From NCBI GenBank assembly GCA_964613485.1, contig CAZTHB010000002.1, positions 1 to 59,314 on the forward strand: 59,314 nt of DNA, in the 5' to 3' direction. This DNA is from an uncultured Candidatus Saccharibacteria bacterium (lineage in GTDB: Bacteria; Patescibacteriota; Saccharimonadia; CAILAD01; GCA-016700035). This document shows, piece after piece, positions 55,072 to 59,314 of this stretch. The position numbers were made by a program, and so were the translations under genes. Each line of letters begins with the position of its first letter. Position 1 is the stretch's first letter. The notes under the pieces are model-generated. The model worked only from the letters and a program-made list of their open reading frames with translations. It ran no database searches and was not told the origin of the DNA.

Positions 55072-56037
55072 CTATTGCCTGCGCCAATGTGTCGTGAGCG
55101 CTCGAGAAGGTAGCGTTGCAAGCCCCAAAATAATGCCCGTTATAAAAAGTAGTGCCGCAAGAATAAACATCCACCAGCCAACGTAACTAGCTGTAGCACC
55201 TTGACTCGACATATAAACCGACACAGGAATCGACACGAGAGCTAATGCGACCGACCAACCGATCAACTGCCAGCTCCCTACTACACGCTGTCGTTTGATG
55301 TAATGTAGTTGATCATTTTTTCGTGATATAACCGGGGGCTTCGCAGCTATATGTGCACCGAGCGCCAGGAGATTATTGATCTCTGGAGAATCCGCTGCCA
55401 ATAGCCCAGTCGAGATAGCCATCTTATATGCATTCACGGGCACGAGGATGTGAGTTTTTTGTTCGTGCATCTCGATGCTCCCTCGCCCCAAAAGATGCGT
55501 GATCTGTTCCATGCGAACAGGATCAAGATATTTGAGTATATCTGCCTGGCTACCCGGACTACTGTATACACCAAGTGCCCGCTCAACATCGACGCTCTCC
55601 AGTTGAAGGCCTACTGCACCTTTTGGCGGCCTGAGTATCGAGGTTTGCCAATTACTATTTAGAATCAAGCCATACCCCCGTATCCCGGGGGTATGCATGC
55701 TACAGACCAGAAAAAACCGCCGACGCCACGAAAAGCCAACTCTTGGCTTAATGGTTACCAGAGAAATAATCTGAGCACGCTCCTTATCTTCTAAAACCTT
55801 AATGATAAATGGCTTACCCCCTGCAGACGAAACGACTGAGTCGTTGAAGAATGTATGATCTAGCCCACCCTGCACAAGACGAGGGAATAGCTCAGATAAG
55901 CGCTTGTTGAGTATCGATACCAGCACGACTCGAAAGATCGTCACAAAGAAAAGCCCAGGCACAGAAAAGAGTACAACAAATAACCCAATAATCTGAACGA
56001 AAACTCCAACTACAGATAAAGTTTCTACTGCACTCAT
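55072..56037 (-). CDS. Hypothetical membrane protein (two N-terminal and two C-terminal TM segments around a soluble domain)
   Basis: The 321-aa ORF overlaps the upstream AlkD-like gene by 4 nt. I recognised no catalytic motif. Confidence 0.6.
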   Translation of the reverse strand: MSAVETLSVVGVFVQIIGLFVVLFSVPGLFFVTIFRVVLVSILNKRLSELFPRLVQGGLDHTFFNDSVVSSAGGKPFIIKVLEDKERAQIISLVTIKPRVGFSWRRRFFLVCSMHTPGIRGYGLILNSNWQTSILRPPKGAVGLQLESVDVERALGVYSSPGSQADILKYLDPVRMEQITHLLGRGSIEMHEQKTHILVPVNAYKMAISTGLLAADSPEINNLLALGAHIAAKPPVISRKNDQLHYIKRQRVVGSWQLIGWSVALALVSIPVSVYMSSQGATASYVGWWMFILAALLFITGIILGLATLPSRALTTHWRRQ

Positions 56038-56753
56038 ATCACCTCTCCCTTTAGATACTTTTGCCGCAAACTCGGCTCAAACCGCTCAATCGCGTAGCGT
56101 AGAGTAGTGCGCGGCAATGACATGTACCTTTCATCAGCTCGCAGCCAAGACTCCTCGACATCTTGGCCAACACGCTTCCCAACCTCGCGGAGCATCCAAC
56201 CAACCGCCTTCTGGATCAGATCATGCGAGTCATCAGCGAGCATAGAGGCAATCGTGAGAGCTGGTTCAGCCTTTCCTTCATAAATGTTGTAAGAACATGA
56301 CAACATTGCTATGCGCCGCTCCCACAGGTTATCAGACTGTGCCAATGGCTTCAGGACCGGTAGCGCTCTATCACCTAAATGTGCGCCCACGATGGAACCA
56401 GCCGACGAGTCCACCAAATCCCAATTATTAATTGACTGTGTATGCGCCAGATAAAAATCATAAACTTGCCGTTTCTGGTGAGCATCACCTCGTTTATACT
56501 GCTCGACCAATATTAGACAGGCGCTGAGGCGCGCTTCATGGTAGCTACTTGCGAGAAGCCTTTCAATCTCGACTAACGGCAGTTCTCGAAATCCGCGAAT
56601 GAGTATGCGCTGGTCCGGTACCGAAACACCATAAAACTTATCACCATGTCCATATTCACCAGGCTTAGTCTTAAAGAACCAAGCAGAGGCCTGAGCGCGC
56701 TCTGGCGTACCGGCCTCGCTCAAGAATCGTTCTAGGTCTTTGGCGCGTAACAT
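56034..56753 (-). CDS. DNA alkylation repair protein (AlkD-like HEAT-repeat family)
   Basis: It has the N-terminal signature ...AQASAWFFKTKPGEYGHGDKFYGVSVPDQR and WDLVD and LWERR motifs. Confidence 0.85.
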   Translation of the reverse strand: MLRAKDLERFLSEAGTPERAQASAWFFKTKPGEYGHGDKFYGVSVPDQRILIRGFRELPLVEIERLLASSYHEARLSACLILVEQYKRGDAHQKRQVYDFYLAHTQSINNWDLVDSSAGSIVGAHLGDRALPVLKPLAQSDNLWERRIAMLSCSYNIYEGKAEPALTIASMLADDSHDLIQKAVGWMLREVGKRVGQDVEESWLRADERYMSLPRTTLRYAIERFEPSLRQKYLKGEVI

Positions 56754-57400
56754 TACAGCCCAATCTGAGCATGTTTGTACATCTGAAGAGCCTTGCGATC
56801 TCCATCTACCTGCACATCCGCAACTCGCCCGCGATTCATGAAGAGCAACACAAACTCTGGCGCCTCCGCAGTCAGAGTGAGTTCATGCGGATCCTCGCCA
56901 CTCCCCCTACGCACTACGTGTACGTCTCCAGTCATACTATCTACAAGCGTCACGCGCAACTCACGGTCAAGCTTGCGTAGTGCAAGCCGTGACATACCCG
57001 GAATAAAGCTTGCTAGACCAGCATACAGATCATCAGAAATCTGCCGCTTACGATCTAGCTTGGCGCGCAAGATGTCTTCGTTATGAACAAAAAATTCGAT
57101 CAAATTATATCTCAGCTTTGTACCCCACCAAGGAATGTGTTCAATCAAACCGATTAACTCCTGATGAGAAGTGGCTTTTTGCTTACGAATCGCAGCCGTA
57201 TGAGCATCGTGCAGAGCCGGCACAACGATCCCCAGTCTGGCTAGAAATGAGCCTCGATCACGTACAATGACGTGAGCTATGAGGTCCTCAATATCCCAGC
57301 CATCACACAGCGTTGCAGCTTGCCACTGCTTCGCCGGCAAGCTGCGTAGCAGCTGAGCCATATACATTCGCTCAGCAATAATGAGTCGCTCAAAATCCAT
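56753..57400 (-). CDS. DinB-like / maleylpyruvate isomerase N-terminal domain (TIGR03085-like) metal-binding protein
   Basis: It carries WQAATLCDGWDIEDLIAHVIVRD, a signature typical of the actinobacterial-type family. A GAGG SD precedes it. Confidence 0.65.
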   Translation of the reverse strand: MDFERLIIAERMYMAQLLRSLPAKQWQAATLCDGWDIEDLIAHVIVRDRGSFLARLGIVVPALHDAHTAAIRKQKATSHQELIGLIEHIPWWGTKLRYNLIEFFVHNEDILRAKLDRKRQISDDLYAGLASFIPGMSRLALRKLDRELRVTLVDSMTGDVHVVRRGSGEDPHELTLTAEAPEFVLLFMNRGRVADVQVDGDRKALQMYKHAQIGL

Positions 57401-57478
57401 GGATTAAACCTCTATCTCCAGTGTACCATTTCGCTCATGGCAGGTGTCGAGTAAAATAGCCATAAGCAGCACTTCACT

Positions 57479-58234
57479 ATGAATTCATTTTTTACCCCTC
57501 GTACGAAACCATTCATCATCGCCCATCGTGGCGCGTCTGGCGATGCACCGGAAAACACTATCGCGGCCTTTCGCGAAGCAATCAAGCAACGAGCCGATGC
57601 TATCGAGCTGGACATACAACTTACCAGAGACAAACAGCTCGTTGTCATGCACGACCACAAGCTAGAGCGTACGACCCGTGGAAAGGGGCGTGTAGCCCGC
57701 AAACACTTACACGAAATTCAACGCCACTCGGCCGGTAGCTGGTTTGGTCCTGGATTTGCAGACGAACGGGCTCCTTCACTAGATCAGGTACTACAGATCT
57801 TCGGCCGCACAACAAGCTACGTCGTAGAACTAAAATTCTACGAGCCACGAGTGCGATATTTTTCAAACGCAGTCGTGCAGACCATTCAAAAGCATAACCT
57901 ACTCGATCGTTGTCTATTCTTATCATTTAGTCCGTTCATTCTGCGAGCCATTAAGCAAATCGAACCATCTGCAAAGACATGTCTTGCCTTTCGACCAATC
58001 GGAGATCATATACCACCACGCGCCACCCTCAGGCATGCTGATAGCATTGCCCTCGCTTCCCATTTCACTGACCTCGCCTACATACGCAAACTACGCTCAC
58101 TCAATCTACCGATCAATATCTGGGCAAAGACCCAGCGCAATGAAGACTATGATCATGAGATAGCGGTCGGCGCCGACTTCATCACCACCAACCACCCCAA
58201 GCTCTTGAGAGACCACCTCCGTGCCGCCAAATAA
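57479..58234 (+). CDS. Glycerophosphodiester phosphodiesterase
   Basis: It has the GDPD signature IIAHRGASGDAPENTIAAF...ELDIQLTRD. Confidence 0.9.
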   Translation: MNSFFTPRTKPFIIAHRGASGDAPENTIAAFREAIKQRADAIELDIQLTRDKQLVVMHDHKLERTTRGKGRVARKHLHEIQRHSAGSWFGPGFADERAPSLDQVLQIFGRTTSYVVELKFYEPRVRYFSNAVVQTIQKHNLLDRCLFLSFSPFILRAIKQIEPSAKTCLAFRPIGDHIPPRATLRHADSIALASHFTDLAYIRKLRSLNLPINIWAKTQRNEDYDHEIAVGADFITTNHPKLLRDHLRAAK

Positions 58235-59314
58235 GCCACGCTTCGAGCGCACCGCAAAACAAGCATCAGCTAAGCGGGATCGTCGATTCTGGCTCATAGT
58301 CGTATTCTTCATCCTGCTAAGTGGCTTTGTTGGCTCAGGTCTGTACCTCTATACCATCACCCATCGTAGCGCACAGGGAACCGCCGAATACGATATTGTC
58401 GCTCGCACAAGCCTCAGTTATGCTCTCGAGGATATACCGCAAAATACACAGGCTGATATTCTTGCCGCACTAAGACGCTACGCCAAAACTCGACAGCAAG
58501 ACCTTATCACTCAGCCCCCAGACCAAGCCGACATCATTATCACAACTCAGCCACAGACTGACGATACTATACTGGCCACTAATGCCGCACCAAAGCTCGT
58601 TGCAATCACAACTGGCAAACCACTAGATTCGGAGTCCTCTGTCATTGGCCTGCGTACACGGAATAAAGCAAAAATACCCCAGCTCGATCAACTCACGCAG
58701 GCCTTCGCGCCTACCTACCAACCTCAGCCCAAGGCCTGGACGTATCTGGCAGTCGGCGACATCATACCGGCGCGTGACGTTTATACCTATTCAAAACGCT
58801 ATGGGTTCTTATACCCCTACCAAAAGATCACCGAAAACCTCAAGCAGGCTGATCTGACGGTAGCAAATCTAGAAACCACCATAGCAGATGGACAGGCTAA
58901 TGGTGAGGGTGCAGGGATGATGGTCTTCACTGCGCCAAGCCAAGCCCTCAATGGACTCGTAGCATCAGGTGTAGATGGCGTAAGTCTTGCCAACAATCAT
59001 GCCATGAATGGCGGTTCTACGAAGGTCGTTGAGATGCTTAAGAACCTCGACACGAGCAACATAGGTCATTTTGGTGTTAGCACTACTAAGGACACCAACG
59101 CCTGGACGACCACTATTCACGGGCTTAAGATTACTCACCTTAGCTTCAATACTATTCCAGGGAACATTGAGCCCGGCGCTGATTCTCCTGGTGCCCGTCG
59201 TATCTCCCTCAAGCCATGGGGCACGCTCTCAAACAGCGACGTTTCGTATATCCAAGATCAAATTAAAGCAGCAAAAGCTCAGGCTGACGTCGTTATTCCT
59301 TGGTTTCATTGGGG
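58221..59314 (+). CDS. CapA-family (PGA_cap) metallophosphatase-like membrane-anchored protein, 3'-truncated by the window end
   Basis: My own translation from the GTG at 58221 gives VPPNKPRFERTAKQ..., the TM FWLIVVFFILLSGFVGSGLYLY, then WTYLAVGDIIPARDV...ADLTVANLE...SLANNHAMNGG. It is absent from the ORF track because it has no stop in the window. The exact start is uncertain. Confidence 0.7.
   Translation, partial: MPPNKPRFERTAKQASAKRDRRFWLIVVFFILLSGFVGSGLYLYTITHRSAQGTAEYDIVARTSLSYALEDIPQNTQADILAALRRYAKTRQQDLITQPPDQADIIITTQPQTDDTILATNAAPKLVAITTGKPLDSESSVIGLRTRNKAKIPQLDQLTQAFAPTYQPQPKAWTYLAVGDIIPARDVYTYSKRYGFLYPYQKITENLKQADLTVANLETTIADGQANGEGAGMMVFTAPSQALNGLVASGVDGVSLANNHAMNGGSTKVVEMLKNLDTSNIGHFGVSTTKDTNAWTTTIHGLKITHLSFNTIPGNIEPGADSPGARRISLKPWGTLSNSDVSYIQDQIKAAKAQADVVIPWFHW

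Noticed and set aside
1-59314. CRISPR arrays, rRNA or tRNA genes, transposases, integrases, reverse transcriptase/DGR repeats and long dispersed repeats.
   Set aside because: None were seen on either strand by eye. Short or diverged repeats could have been missed without computation.
1-59314. Possible alternative genetic code, such as UGA recoding in some Patescibacteria.
   Set aside because: Conserved genes (recA, polA, pnp, rpoD, ftsK) are full-length and uninterrupted under the standard code. TGA is used as a stop, for example in ftsK, truB and pilO.

Overview
The window is densely coding, mostly on the minus strand, at roughly 48-50% GC by hand counts of 100-nt samples. Gene content looks like a reduced-genome bacterium. 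It carries information-processing and DNA-repair genes (recA, recX, rarA, polA, mutM, family-4 UDG, an HhH-GPD glycosylase, an AlkD-like protein, dnaG, rpoD, holA, ssb, ftsK, pnp, RNase J, efp, ychF, truB and ribosomal proteins S6, S18, S15, S20). There is almost no biosynthesis, and there are several membrane-anchored orphan proteins. I infer a Patescibacteria/CPR organism, most plausibly Saccharibacteria-like, but I cannot confirm this without a database search. Positions 1-15139 hold a complete secretin-less type IV pilus locus on the minus strand. In transcription order it encodes a 1336-aa membrane-anchored giant protein, pilM, pilN, pilO, a small membrane protein, pilB, pilT, pilC, a major pilin with its own promoter, SD and terminator, pilD, three minor pilins and a PilX-like protein. 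The most unusual feature is a ~1.6-kb island at 40261-41825. One hand-counted 100-nt sample there is 69% G+C, against 48% in recA. It has G/C-rich third codon positions, encodes a membrane protein plus a lipoprotein, and is flanked by an imperfect direct repeat. I propose it is recently acquired, Actinomycetota-like DNA. Three other sequence-level observations stand out. About ten first-in-operon genes have a -10-like hexamer exactly 6-7 nt upstream of the ATG, suggesting leaderless mRNAs. A ~75-nt intergenic motif occurs twice, 3' of rpsR and 3' of rpsO. A perfect-SD mini-ORF encodes a single hydrophobic helix. I saw no rRNA, tRNA, CRISPR array, transposase or integrase. All functional calls rest on motifs I recognised in the supplied translations; no searches were run.
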